Source: a virus
Virus record (IMG/VR): IMGVR_UViG_3300011113_000491
Coordinates: 59,466 to 123,465 of that record
Length of the DNA: 64,000 bases
Reading direction: 5' to 3' (one strand)
Part shown: positions 19,243 through 27,826 of the stretch, one piece after another
Layout of the letters: the number at the start of each line of letters is the position of its first letter
Position numbering within the stretch: position 1 is the first letter of the stretch
Program-made: the position numbers and the translations under genes
The notes under the pieces: generated by a model
Database searches by the model: none
Told to the model about the DNA's origin: nothing
What the model saw: only the letters and a program-made list of their open reading frames with translations

Positions 19243-20115
19243 ATGACTACCAAGACATGGCCATCATCATTGGACGCACACATCGAAATGAACTTTGAGT
19301 TCAGGTACAACCACGGCGCAGGACTCGCGTTCCATGATGGACTCAATCCTGCGTTGGCGGACATCATCACTACAAGAGAGATGTTCCACCTCGCACAAGA
19401 TTGGGGATGCCAGAAGTACGCGCAGATCAAGAAGTACATCAAGGGATATGACTCGTTCAGTCTCCTCATGCACCCGGACTCGTCTGTGAAGATGTTCGTC
19501 AAGTCCCTCACCGTCAGCTACACCACGATGAACACCGAGCGGATTCTGTTCTTCTATGACTCAAAGGGAGTCAACGACGGCGTTGCAATGCTCTGGCTTC
19601 CTGGTCACAACAGTCCGGCGCCCATGAGTCCTGCTCGTTTCTCGACCCACGCCGAAACGGTCAACGGACTTGGAGACAGAGGGTACTACCGCCAATACGA
19701 AGAAGGATTCAAGCAGAATCCGATTGCGATGGCGAAGCACATGGTCTGCGAGATCATTCGGATCAAGCAGGTTCACCGATGCGCGCCGGGTAGTATGGCA
19801 GGCAGCAACGAACAGGACTTCCGTCTGATGCCGCTCGAGCTCTTCGTCGGTAGCAAAGAACTGATCCGAGATGTGTGGGATTCTCTCGTTGGATACTCCC
19901 CGCGGCCGGTCGAGATGAAGGAAGAAGGATCAGCAATCTGCACGAACGGTCTGAAGTTCGGTGACTACATGGAAGAATGCGGTGACATGATGATTACGCA
20001 CTACAACAACCACATTCTTGAATCGTTCGCAGACAACCTCCGCATCAACGGCATCAATATGTTCCCGATTGTTAGCGGTCATTCAAACAAGGGTATCGTG
20101 ACGCACCCGGTTTGA
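19243..20115 (+). CDS. Hypothetical protein
   Basis: AGGAG SD; directly downstream of the VWA gene. Confidence 0.7.
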   Translation: MTTKTWPSSLDAHIEMNFEFRYNHGAGLAFHDGLNPALADIITTREMFHLAQDWGCQKYAQIKKYIKGYDSFSLLMHPDSSVKMFVKSLTVSYTTMNTERILFFYDSKGVNDGVAMLWLPGHNSPAPMSPARFSTHAETVNGLGDRGYYRQYEEGFKQNPIAMAKHMVCEIIRIKQVHRCAPGSMAGSNEQDFRLMPLELFVGSKELIRDVWDSLVGYSPRPVEMKEEGSAICTNGLKFGDYMEECGDMMITHYNNHILESFADNLRINGINMFPIVSGHSNKGIVTHPV

Positions 20116-20159
20116 ACTAACACGAACCCAGTCAGACGCCCAAGGTGGGCAGTAGCATG

Positions 20160-20192
20160 GGGCGGATCGTTCTACGATCCGTCCCTTTTTTT
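20160..20192 (+). terminator. Intrinsic terminator
   Basis: GGGCGGATCG-TTCTA-CGATCCGTCCC then a T-tract. Confidence 0.8.
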
Positions 20193-20358
20193 ATCGTGAT
20201 AGTATCGCGTGGTATTCGCCGCATGACCACGGGAAAGATCGGCAGGATATGGATATATGCCATCGTGGCAGGATATGAAACACCGATGGCATAGTGGTCA
20301 TACTGCCATATGCCAATGCAATCTGGCATTATTTCTTTCAGAAATATGTGAAATATGC

Positions 20359-20387
20359 TTGTGAAATGTTTCACGATCCGGTAGACT
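20359..20387 (+). promoter_or_regulatory. sigma70-type promoter (leaderless)
   Basis: TTGTGA-17-TAGACT-6-ATG 20394. Confidence 0.6.
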
Positions 20388-20393
20388 ACACGC

Positions 20394-20666
20394 ATGGCAA
20401 GACCTACAGACCCGTTCGATCCCGCGTCTATGGACGCATACATCAACCCGATTCTCAATCGCGCGGCAATCGATGTCGTCTATTTGAACGACATCGCATC
20501 CAAAGCGGAGCTCATGCTTGAGTTGTTCATACAGCACGGCCTGCTCGACATTGAAGTGACCGGCAACGGTGACTTCGCCTACCGTGTGTCCGACATTTGG
20601 AAGAAAGAACTCGCCGCTGAAGGACACGATCTCTCTCGCATTCCCCTCTCGCACCTCTCTTACTGA
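20394..20666 (+). CDS. Hypothetical protein
   Basis: ORF directly after the promoter. Confidence 0.65.
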   Translation: MARPTDPFDPASMDAYINPILNRAAIDVVYLNDIASKAELMLELFIQHGLLDIEVTGNGDFAYRVSDIWKKELAAEGHDLSRIPLSHLSY

Positions 20667-20676
20667 AATACGAAAT

Positions 20677-21045
20677 ATGCCATTCGACCCCTACAACAAC
20701 GAACACACCGACAGCAGCCTCTACTTCGATGACTTCGGAGACACCGACGACCGCATGGAAATCCTGCGCGAGCTCGATGAGGACTACGACCCCATGAGCG
20801 ACCCCGATCCCTTCGATGACGATGAAGAATGGTCAGAGGAGGACGACGACCGCGGCGCCGTTCGTGAGGACGAGGATGAGAACTACGACGACCTGGATGA
20901 CGACGACCTTGAGGATGACGACCACGAGGAACTGCCGCATGAGGACGACGACGACTTTGATGACTGCTTCAACTGCGACGGCAGCATCTCCGATAAGGGA
21001 TTCGCCCTTCTCGGTGACATGGATCGCAGGGGTCTCTTTGTCTGA
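20677..21045 (+). CDS. Extremely acidic small protein
   Basis: D/E-dominated sequence; ATG 20677 after the upstream stop. Confidence 0.65.
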   Translation: MPFDPYNNEHTDSSLYFDDFGDTDDRMEILRELDEDYDPMSDPDPFDDDEEWSEEDDDRGAVREDEDENYDDLDDDDLEDDDHEELPHEDDDDFDDCFNCDGSISDKGFALLGDMDRRGLFV

Positions 21046-21055
21046 AAGGACACCA

Positions 21056-21541
21056 ATGACCACCACTACTGTTTCTGTTCCCCAAGTTCATCCGCCTGCC
21101 TATTCGTACTGCACGGCCAAGGTGATTCCCCCCACAACCAAATCCATCACGACCGGCATGATGATGTTCGACAAGTCGTATATGCTTTCTGTGCAGAGCA
21201 AGTTCATCCATATGTGGATGCGCGATATGCCAGCAAAGTACCCGCAGCACAAGACGCCGCATATGCCCTCAAAGGCGTGTGAGTTCGCGCAGGCCTGCTA
21301 TATGCTTGCGACTGGATATGGCGAACACGCCATGCCGGCATTCAATGGGTACAGTCGTGACTTCCTGATGATGGTTTCCAATCAGTTGGGATATGCGTAT
21401 ATCCCGGCATGGATCGTCAAGGACAAGTCGCGCCGCCTTGATCGTTCGATGTACATGGTTCCCGAAGTTTCGATTTATGCCGTCGCATATCTCTCCACCC
21501 TCCCGACTCCAACCACCAACGAGGTTACCACCAATGCGTGA
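21056..21541 (+). CDS. Hypothetical protein sharing a motif with the AAA+ N-terminus
   Basis: GAAAGGA SD; PAWIVKD..R..R..VPEV. Confidence 0.65.
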   Translation: MTTTTVSVPQVHPPAYSYCTAKVIPPTTKSITTGMMMFDKSYMLSVQSKFIHMWMRDMPAKYPQHKTPHMPSKACEFAQACYMLATGYGEHAMPAFNGYSRDFLMMVSNQLGYAYIPAWIVKDKSRRLDRSMYMVPEVSIYAVAYLSTLPTPTTNEVTTNA

Positions 21542-21842
21542 GAACACCATCACCGTGATTTTTGACGACGCCGACCGCCGACAGATGGAGTGGCAACCCA
21601 ATCTGACAGAGCATGAGTTTCCCCTGTGGTGGCAGAGTCTCACCGATACCGACTTCATTCGGTTCTACTTCAACCCGTTCGCCCTGCCAGGCACGGTCAA
21701 GGTGATGAAGAATCGGCAGGAAGTGAAGCCGTATTACTACTGCTACTTCGATGAGATGCAGAACTCATACATCAGCGTGGGCCAGAGGACGATCCCGTAT
21801 CGATACGGCGATCTGAACTGGAAGAGGCACTGGCCCGCGTAA
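21534..21842 (+). CDS. Hypothetical protein
   Basis: ATG 21534 overlapping the upstream stop; GAGG SD. Confidence 0.6.
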   Translation: MRENTITVIFDDADRRQMEWQPNLTEHEFPLWWQSLTDTDFIRFYFNPFALPGTVKVMKNRQEVKPYYYCYFDEMQNSYISVGQRTIPYRYGDLNWKRHWPA

Positions 21843-21869
21843 CACAATCTCCGTGCCATGGGACGCAAC

Positions 21870-21906
21870 GACCCGACAGGTTTCATCGCCTGTCGGGTCT
21901 TTTTTT
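21870..21906 (+). terminator. Intrinsic terminator
   Basis: GACCCGACAGG-loop-CCTGTCGGGTC then a T-tract. Confidence 0.85.
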
Positions 21907-22060
21907 GACGCGTGATAGTATCAGTATAGAAATATGCTAGTTTATGAAATATGCGATTTTAGGAAATATGCAAATCATAATCCAACAAATCTAGCAACAA
22001 GGATTCCAACGCAGAACGAAATAAGCGAAATGAGAATCTTGTGAATCTTCAAGTCGTTCT

Positions 22061-22585
22061 TCATGTTGATCTTTTCCCCGAGCGGCCGCGGCCGCCTCTT
22101 CCGGTCAATCTACGCATCAGTGCTTGCTTCAATACATCTCTGATTGTTGGTTCGTCAACAGTCGGTGATTCTGTTGGAGTTGGTGCAACTTCTGGTCTAG
22201 TTTGCTGACCAGAAACTGAATCAGATGAAGCAGATCCACTACTTTGTTGTGTTGGAGTAGTCTGCTGCGGCGGTGATGTGGTCGCCGAGGATTGGGTATT
22301 TGATGGATTCCATCTTGAATACCAATCATTTCTTTCATCAGCTGCCGGTGTTGAAGATGCCGGAGTTGGAATATCTGAAACTGGACTTTCTATTGGTTGC
22401 CACGATGAAGCAATAGAAGAAGAACTTGTTGGCAATCTTCCTTGCTCAACAGGGGGTGTCATGGGAACCGCCTGACCAACTTCCTCTTCTGGAGAAGTAG
22501 TAAGTTCTCTCCTAGCAGTTAGTTGCTTTGATGGAGTTGGAGTAGAAGGTTCCGTTGTCCCCACATTTCCCGGAGGAGTTGCCAT
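22061..22585 (-). CDS. S/T/P-rich low-complexity ORF; possible -1 frameshift extension of the upstream gene
   Basis: Frame stays open back to 22630; no SD before its ATG. Confidence 0.55.
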   Translation of the reverse strand: MATPPGNVGTTEPSTPTPSKQLTARRELTTSPEEEVGQAVPMTPPVEQGRLPTSSSSIASSWQPIESPVSDIPTPASSTPAADERNDWYSRWNPSNTQSSATTSPPQQTTPTQQSSGSASSDSVSGQQTRPEVAPTPTESPTVDEPTIRDVLKQALMRRLTGRGGRGRSGKRST

Positions 22586-22617
22586 CGGTCTAACCGATGG
22601 ATCACTTCGGGGTGGGG

Positions 22618-23349
22618 TTACCGTTTTCCCTTACCACGCCCCAATGAAGTAACTTGACCTCTGGCAATTTTTAGCAAAGATGGTTTTTCAATTGGTACTT
22701 CTGGCTCTGGGAAGTTTCTATCAAGAATCTTCTGTAACATCCCTGCATATCCCGCGGGATCTTGTACTCCTCGGGCCTTCCATTCACTGCCAGTTGTCTG
22801 CTGGCGACTTGCTGGAGGCCGAGCGACCTGTCTATATCTTACTCCGGCGCGTGGTCCGCCGAGCTCTGGTTCCCTCGTTAATTCTGAACCAAAATCTCCG
22901 CCGAGAGGATATTGTCTGGGAGACAGGTTCAAAATTGCCTGTTGAATATACTTCTTGAGAGCTCCAGGCAGACCCAACCCAGCAAGGAGACCTCTATTTT
23001 TGATGTTTGTACCTATTGCCTTCGCTCCAGCAAATAGTGGTGATTCCTTTTTGCTAGATGCTGTTCTCATTGCACCAAAAACATTAATTTCGTTTAACTG
23101 ATTGTTAATTCTTGCTTTGAAATGTTCTTTCATATCCATATTGAGGTTTCCTTCTTTTTCTAATTTGAATGCAGCTTTTTGAAGTTTTAGTTCTTCTTCT
23201 CTTGCCTTATTTATGCTATCGTATATTTGTCTTTCGGCAGCAGACATTGGTTTTCTTGCTCGTAAAGCATCGGCAATCTGTGCCATAAACTCATCGTCTG
23301 CCGGGGTCGTGGTTCCCTTTATTACTTTATCTAAATCGTTTTGTTCCAT
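22618..23349 (-). CDS. Late protein with an internal head-protein-like motif
   Basis: ATG 23349 lies 5 nt after TATACATA; internal MKEHFKARINNQLNE. Confidence 0.65.
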   Translation of the reverse strand: MEQNDLDKVIKGTTTPADDEFMAQIADALRARKPMSAAERQIYDSINKAREEELKLQKAAFKLEKEGNLNMDMKEHFKARINNQLNEINVFGAMRTASSKKESPLFAGAKAIGTNIKNRGLLAGLGLPGALKKYIQQAILNLSPRQYPLGGDFGSELTREPELGGPRAGVRYRQVARPPASRQQTTGSEWKARGVQDPAGYAGMLQKILDRNFPEPEVPIEKPSLLKIARGQVTSLGRGKGKR

Positions 23350-23435
23350 AAGAATATGTATAAAAGAATAACAAAATAGACATTTTGCATCGGCATACCC
23401 CCTGTGGTATAATCTACATATCAAGGAGGTGCTAT

Positions 23436-24053
23436 ATGACCAAAGAGCAAGAACTCGTAAAGCATATCAGGAATCATCTCAAGGAACATGGGTTCCGTCT
23501 TATACTCGGTAGAGGTAAGAAAGTAAATGTCGGTGACGCACGGTGTGAAGGATACTTCTCCGTTGGTGACACCAAGAAAGAAAGACAAATAAGAGTGGCG
23601 AAGGCAGGGGACACATGGTTGTATGTCCTTGCCCATGAATATTGTCATTTTCTACAATGGCTAGAAACTCCACAAAGAACTCTAGACACACAGGACAATG
23701 CACAGCATATTGTTCATTGTGTTTCTGTTGGACAGATAGATCCCAAGTGGAAACAATCATATATCCGTTGGGCATTCCGTGTTGTCGCAGAGAACGAAAG
23801 AGACTGCGAACGCAGGACGGTACGACTTCTTGAGGAGTGGGGCATTCCTTTCAACAAGGATATGTACATCAAGAAGGCAAATCTGTATGTGTATCTCCAC
23901 CATATGTGGAGAGAATATCACTTCCTGAAGACCAGATTCAATGTCTATAAGTCAAATAAGATTTTGGATGTTGTGTCAAACAACTTCAAGGCAAAGAGTC
24001 ACATCGTGGTACCAAAGGCAGTCCGAAGAGAACTCGACCGAGCATTTGCTTAA
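23436..24053 (+). CDS. HEXXH metallopeptidase-like protein
   Basis: LAHEYCHFLQ..ERDCE; promoter TTGCAT-17-TATAAT and AAGGAGGT SD. Confidence 0.7.
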   Translation: MTKEQELVKHIRNHLKEHGFRLILGRGKKVNVGDARCEGYFSVGDTKKERQIRVAKAGDTWLYVLAHEYCHFLQWLETPQRTLDTQDNAQHIVHCVSVGQIDPKWKQSYIRWAFRVVAENERDCERRTVRLLEEWGIPFNKDMYIKKANLYVYLHHMWREYHFLKTRFNVYKSNKILDVVSNNFKAKSHIVVPKAVRRELDRAFA

Positions 24054-24484
24054 AACTCTATGTGCTTGCTTGGTGGGGGTGGAGTTGCACTTATTATATT
24101 GCCAACTGTTGGCTCTATTCCCTTATCGTGCAAATCAGAAATAACTTTGAATCCCTCAGCAGTTCCTGCATAGTGCTTCACAAATTGACCATGTAACTGC
24201 TTTGCCACTCTCATTCTCTCTGGGATGGTAAGTGCGCCAAGATCTTTGTTGTCATGATTTCCACTTATAATTTTATTTTGTGCCACTTGCATTGCTTTGG
24301 CAATATGATGCGGATGCTCTGACTCTGGAACAACTCCTACCCTAGCAAGATTATCGTATAAAACTTGACTATGTAAAGTTCCCATGCCAGTGCCGGAAGC
24401 TGGGTTTTGGGGATCCCTAGCAAATATATCCATTGCAGCACTTCCGGTTCTCATTTCCAGTAAATGTTGTTTGAATGATTTCAT
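24050..24484 (-). CDS. Putative internal head protein
   Basis: MKSFKQHLLE at ATG 24484, 5 nt after TATAAATA. Confidence 0.65.
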   Translation of the reverse strand: MKSFKQHLLEMRTGSAAMDIFARDPQNPASGTGMGTLHSQVLYDNLARVGVVPESEHPHHIAKAMQVAQNKIISGNHDNKDLGALTIPERMRVAKQLHGQFVKHYAGTAEGFKVISDLHDKGIEPTVGNIISATPPPPSKHIEF

Positions 24485-24508
24485 GTCATTATTTATATAC
24501 ATACTGGT

Positions 24509-25249
24509 ATGGACAAAAGACTTCAAAGAATAAAATATGTAAGAATGGTGTTAGAGGGAATGCCAATCAAAGCATCCATAGATGGAAAACCAGTTCAGGC
24601 AGAACTTCTAGACTCTCCTGTTACACAAAATAAACCATCTGCAACGGCAGCAGCAAAATCACAGTCAACTGCGTTAGCAACAATAAAACCAAATACTACC
24701 TCTACAACTTCTGGAAGCACTTCGTCTCCAACATCTAGTCCAACATCTAGTCCCACAACTGATCTTGCCACATCAAAACAACCACAAGCAACCACTGTTC
24801 CTAATCAAAATCAAAAACCAAAGAAATCAAAAAAATCCACTGGAACATCTACAAATGTAGGTAGTGGCTCTAACACTGCTCGCGCAGGAAGAGATCAATA
24901 CGGAACCCAAGTAGGAACAGGCAATACAAATACAGGGACTATGGGGCAAAGAATAGGATCCATGAAAGACAGTTCACAAGTGACTGGAGCAGTTTCTGGA
25001 AAAAACAACACGGTAGCAGGTAGAGATGTAGTTACAAATATTTTTCAGGGTGGTGGAGGTCAAGAACAGGAAGAAAGTGGCAAGTTCTTAAATCCATTCG
25101 GAAAGGGCGGTAAAAGCAACCTAACTTCTCAACTAACCTCGGTAACAATGTCTAACAAACCAACTCCAATGTTAAGAGAAATGAAAAGAGTAAAAACAGC
25201 AAAAGGTTTATTTGAGAGAGTAAAAAATGCACGCCGATATTCCAGATGA
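24509..25249 (+). CDS. S/T/G-rich late protein with AGRD module
   Basis: TATACATA-5-ATG; module shared with 30441-31430. Confidence 0.7.
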   Translation: MDKRLQRIKYVRMVLEGMPIKASIDGKPVQAELLDSPVTQNKPSATAAAKSQSTALATIKPNTTSTTSGSTSSPTSSPTSSPTTDLATSKQPQATTVPNQNQKPKKSKKSTGTSTNVGSGSNTARAGRDQYGTQVGTGNTNTGTMGQRIGSMKDSSQVTGAVSGKNNTVAGRDVVTNIFQGGGGQEQEESGKFLNPFGKGGKSNLTSQLTSVTMSNKPTPMLREMKRVKTAKGLFERVKNARRYSR

Positions 25250-25610
25250 CATTCTACAACAGTATATGCAAGAAGGTGCTGACTTCGGATTCAGCGCCGT
25301 TGATAATGGTGAACTGAGTGGCATACTAAGCCCGGTTCAGGATAGTCCAGAGATAAATGCAATCAAGGAAAAGTTAGATCTCATTCTTGAAATGAACTCA
25401 ACTTGTGAGGGTGCTTTAGCAGTTAAGGCACAATACGATCAACTACTCAAGGCAAGACTTCTTGAAATAGAAAAAAATATAGTCCCTCTTTTACTCAACC
25501 TGAAGAAAAATAAAGAGAAGGACTATATTTATTGGCCAGGCGCCCAAAGACAGGCGCAATGTGACTTACAAGTTCAGAAGATTCTGAACCTTACTCGAAA
25601 TAACCTTTAA
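25227..25610 (+). CDS. Conserved T4-like hypothetical protein
   Basis: DFGFSAV..IVPLLLNLKKNKEKDYIYWP. Confidence 0.7.
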   Translation: MHADIPDDILQQYMQEGADFGFSAVDNGELSGILSPVQDSPEINAIKEKLDLILEMNSTCEGALAVKAQYDQLLKARLLEIEKNIVPLLLNLKKNKEKDYIYWPGAQRQAQCDLQVQKILNLTRNNL

Positions 25611-25845
25611 TCTTACTTCCGATCTTTTCGATTAGACCGTCGATGAAAGATTTTGGTTCTTCCTTTTTCTCAACAACTGGGACTTGGATTTCGCATCTGT
25701 CTTGACCAACAAGAAGACTGGCATTCTTTGGATCGATTGCTCTTGCCACTCCCTTCATGATCTCAACTTCAGATAAAAGCATTTCCTGACACTTCCCGGT
25801 ATATGCCTTGGCGAAATATAACTGAACTTTCTTACCTTTCTTCAT
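25591..25845 (-). CDS. Hypothetical protein
   Basis: Start/stop overlap; GAGGAG SD. Confidence 0.55.
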   Translation of the reverse strand: MKKGKKVQLYFAKAYTGKCQEMLLSEVEIMKGVARAIDPKNASLLVGQDRCEIQVPVVEKKEEPKSFIDGLIEKIGSKIKGYFE

Positions 25846-26462
25846 ATTCTTCTCCTCTTATTTAAAAATACTGACAACGATAACAACGCAAGACATCCGG
25901 GTGCTGGAACGGCGTTCGTTCCAAAACCGCAGTAGTCAATCAAATTACCTTGTGTGTTTCCGCCCACTGCATTCACTGCTTCAAATGCAAATCTAGTCAG
26001 ATTGCCAATTGAAGTAATAGTTCCGAAGTGAACTTGCCATGCTGTGTTATCAGCAGAAAATTCTTGTTGAAATAAAACGGTATCATCTCCACCACCAACA
26101 GTCTGATCTGTACCAAAATCAGTGATGGTCAAACGCATGGTATCAACACCATCTCTTCCACGGTGAGCAAAGTGCCAATTGATTTGATTGAAGTCACCGA
26201 GTCCATTTACATTCTGATATAGGGTAGAAGCATAATTTGCATTTAATTCTGCAAACGAATTTCCTTCATAGGCAGGAACTCCTAAAAATCCATTTTCCCA
26301 GACTTCGATCAAGTTATCTGGTGCAGTAGTTGCCCAGCCACTTTGAGGATCTGTTCCAGAATAAAAACTGTAGCCCCATGCGGGAAAGCTCTCAAAACCA
26401 CCATTGACTAAATTTGCGGATGCTGAAGTGGTAATTGCTAATGCTGCTAGAAATGCTTTCAA
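25842..26462 (-). CDS. Secreted PEP-CTERM (VPAPG-type) protein with beta-rich domain
   Basis: Signal peptide MKAFLAALAITTSASA; NLVNGGFE; C-terminal VPAPGCLALLSLSVFLNKRRRI. Confidence 0.8.
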   Translation of the reverse strand: MKAFLAALAITTSASANLVNGGFESFPAWGYSFYSGTDPQSGWATTAPDNLIEVWENGFLGVPAYEGNSFAELNANYASTLYQNVNGLGDFNQINWHFAHRGRDGVDTMRLTITDFGTDQTVGGGDDTVLFQQEFSADNTAWQVHFGTITSIGNLTRFAFEAVNAVGGNTQGNLIDYCGFGTNAVPAPGCLALLSLSVFLNKRRRI

Positions 26463-27202
26463 ATTCTTCTCCTTGTTGGTTTAACTAACTGATACAGCAC
26501 GAACGACGAAACGGTTGATGGTGTAGGAACAACCGATATTGCTCCCATTCTATAATCAGGTGTCATATCAATATCTGGTAACTGCGTAGAAGTCAGATCA
26601 AATGATATGACCGGAGGAGTCGCGTAAAAATCAGAAACCGCTAGATCAATTGCGGATACTGCTTCAGGCAACTGCTCCGGTTGTGCTGGAGACTCCACTG
26701 CATCTTTCGATGAAGTCTTTGGTTTTAATTTAAATCTAGTTGGAACAAACGAAGATGATTCCGAGTTAGATTTAGATGAAGTGGCAACATATATGCGATA
26801 TGGTCCTTCATACTTTGTGTTCTCTTCCAGAAAGATATTCTTATTTGAGTTTGCTACAAATTCTTTAAGATTTGGATTTCTTATTTTATTTGGAGTGTTG
26901 ATGTTGTTGGTTTGATCACTAGATCCAGATTCTGCTTCTGGAGTTTTGTCTGGATTTGCAATGTTCTGAACGCTAGTAATAGACTCAATCAACTTTTGAA
27001 TCTTTTCTACTGCTTCTTGTCCAACTATAGTCAATGCAACAGTACTGGCAATAGTCAATGCCATAATCTTACCCTGCATACCGACTATTCTTCTTTTATT
27101 TTCTTCGTTCTGTTTCTGACAGTCTTCTATTTGACCTTTTTTGATTTCTTCTATTTGTTCCTTTAATGATTCGCAAGAAGAACAATTTGGTTTATTTGAC
27201 AT
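26459..27202 (-). CDS. Membrane-anchored protein with degenerate PEP-CTERM tail
   Basis: Coiled coil, hydrophobic helix, C-terminal VPTPSTVSSFVLYQLVKPTRRRI. Confidence 0.65.
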   Translation of the reverse strand: MSNKPNCSSCESLKEQIEEIKKGQIEDCQKQNEENKRRIVGMQGKIMALTIASTVALTIVGQEAVEKIQKLIESITSVQNIANPDKTPEAESGSSDQTNNINTPNKIRNPNLKEFVANSNKNIFLEENTKYEGPYRIYVATSSKSNSESSSFVPTRFKLKPKTSSKDAVESPAQPEQLPEAVSAIDLAVSDFYATPPVISFDLTSTQLPDIDMTPDYRMGAISVVPTPSTVSSFVLYQLVKPTRRRI

Positions 27203-27246
27203 GTTTTGCCTTTCTGGTAAAACATTACAAACACATCTTAAACAAA

Positions 27247-27417
27247 TTATATAATACGAAACTGTGCTGGATATATTCTAAACTTTGCGTCAGAATCTTC
27301 CGAATCTTTAGACTCTTTCTTGGGTTTTCTTATGGATTTAATTACCCCAATCCTTCTTTGTTTTGGAGTTAGTTCAGTCCTTTCAGAATAAAACTCAGAG
27401 AGTCTTCGTTTCTTCAT
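27247..27417 (-). CDS. Small basic late protein
   Basis: MKKRRLSEF at ATG 27417, 5 nt after TATACATA. Confidence 0.5.
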   Translation of the reverse strand: MKKRRLSEFYSERTELTPKQRRIGVIKSIRKPKKESKDSEDSDAKFRIYPAQFRII

Positions 27418-27463
27418 ACAGATATGTATAAATAATATTATACAACCTAATAAGGAGAATCCT

Positions 27464-27826
27464 ATGAAAGATTTTAACTCTCTGATCGGTAAGATTTTTG
27501 AAGAAAAGGGGAAACATGCAGACAGGATTCGAAAAAAGGCAAAATTTAAGAAGGTAGATTCAAAAAAAGAAACCAGAAGTGGTAGACCTATCAACCGTTG
27601 TCGGTGTGAAAGATGTCAAAACGGTCGTAAATGCTCCATGAATAAGAAGATGGACGAGTCTTCTGAGGATTCTATATATGAGTATCTGTACGAGTATATT
27701 TTAAGAAAGGGAAGCGAATACCAAATTGTCAGCAAGAAGGGGAAACCTCTTGGCAAGTTTAAGAGTAAAAAGAAAGCAGTCAAGAGACTTCGGCAGATAG
27801 AATGGTTTAAGCATCACAAAAAATGA
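27464..27826 (+). CDS. Basic protein with Cys cluster
   Basis: TATAAATA at 27427 and AAGGAG SD; CRCERC; LGKF..KKKAVKRLRQIEWFKH. Confidence 0.65.
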   Translation: MKDFNSLIGKIFEEKGKHADRIRKKAKFKKVDSKKETRSGRPINRCRCERCQNGRKCSMNKKMDESSEDSIYEYLYEYILRKGSEYQIVSKKGKPLGKFKSKKKAVKRLRQIEWFKHHKK

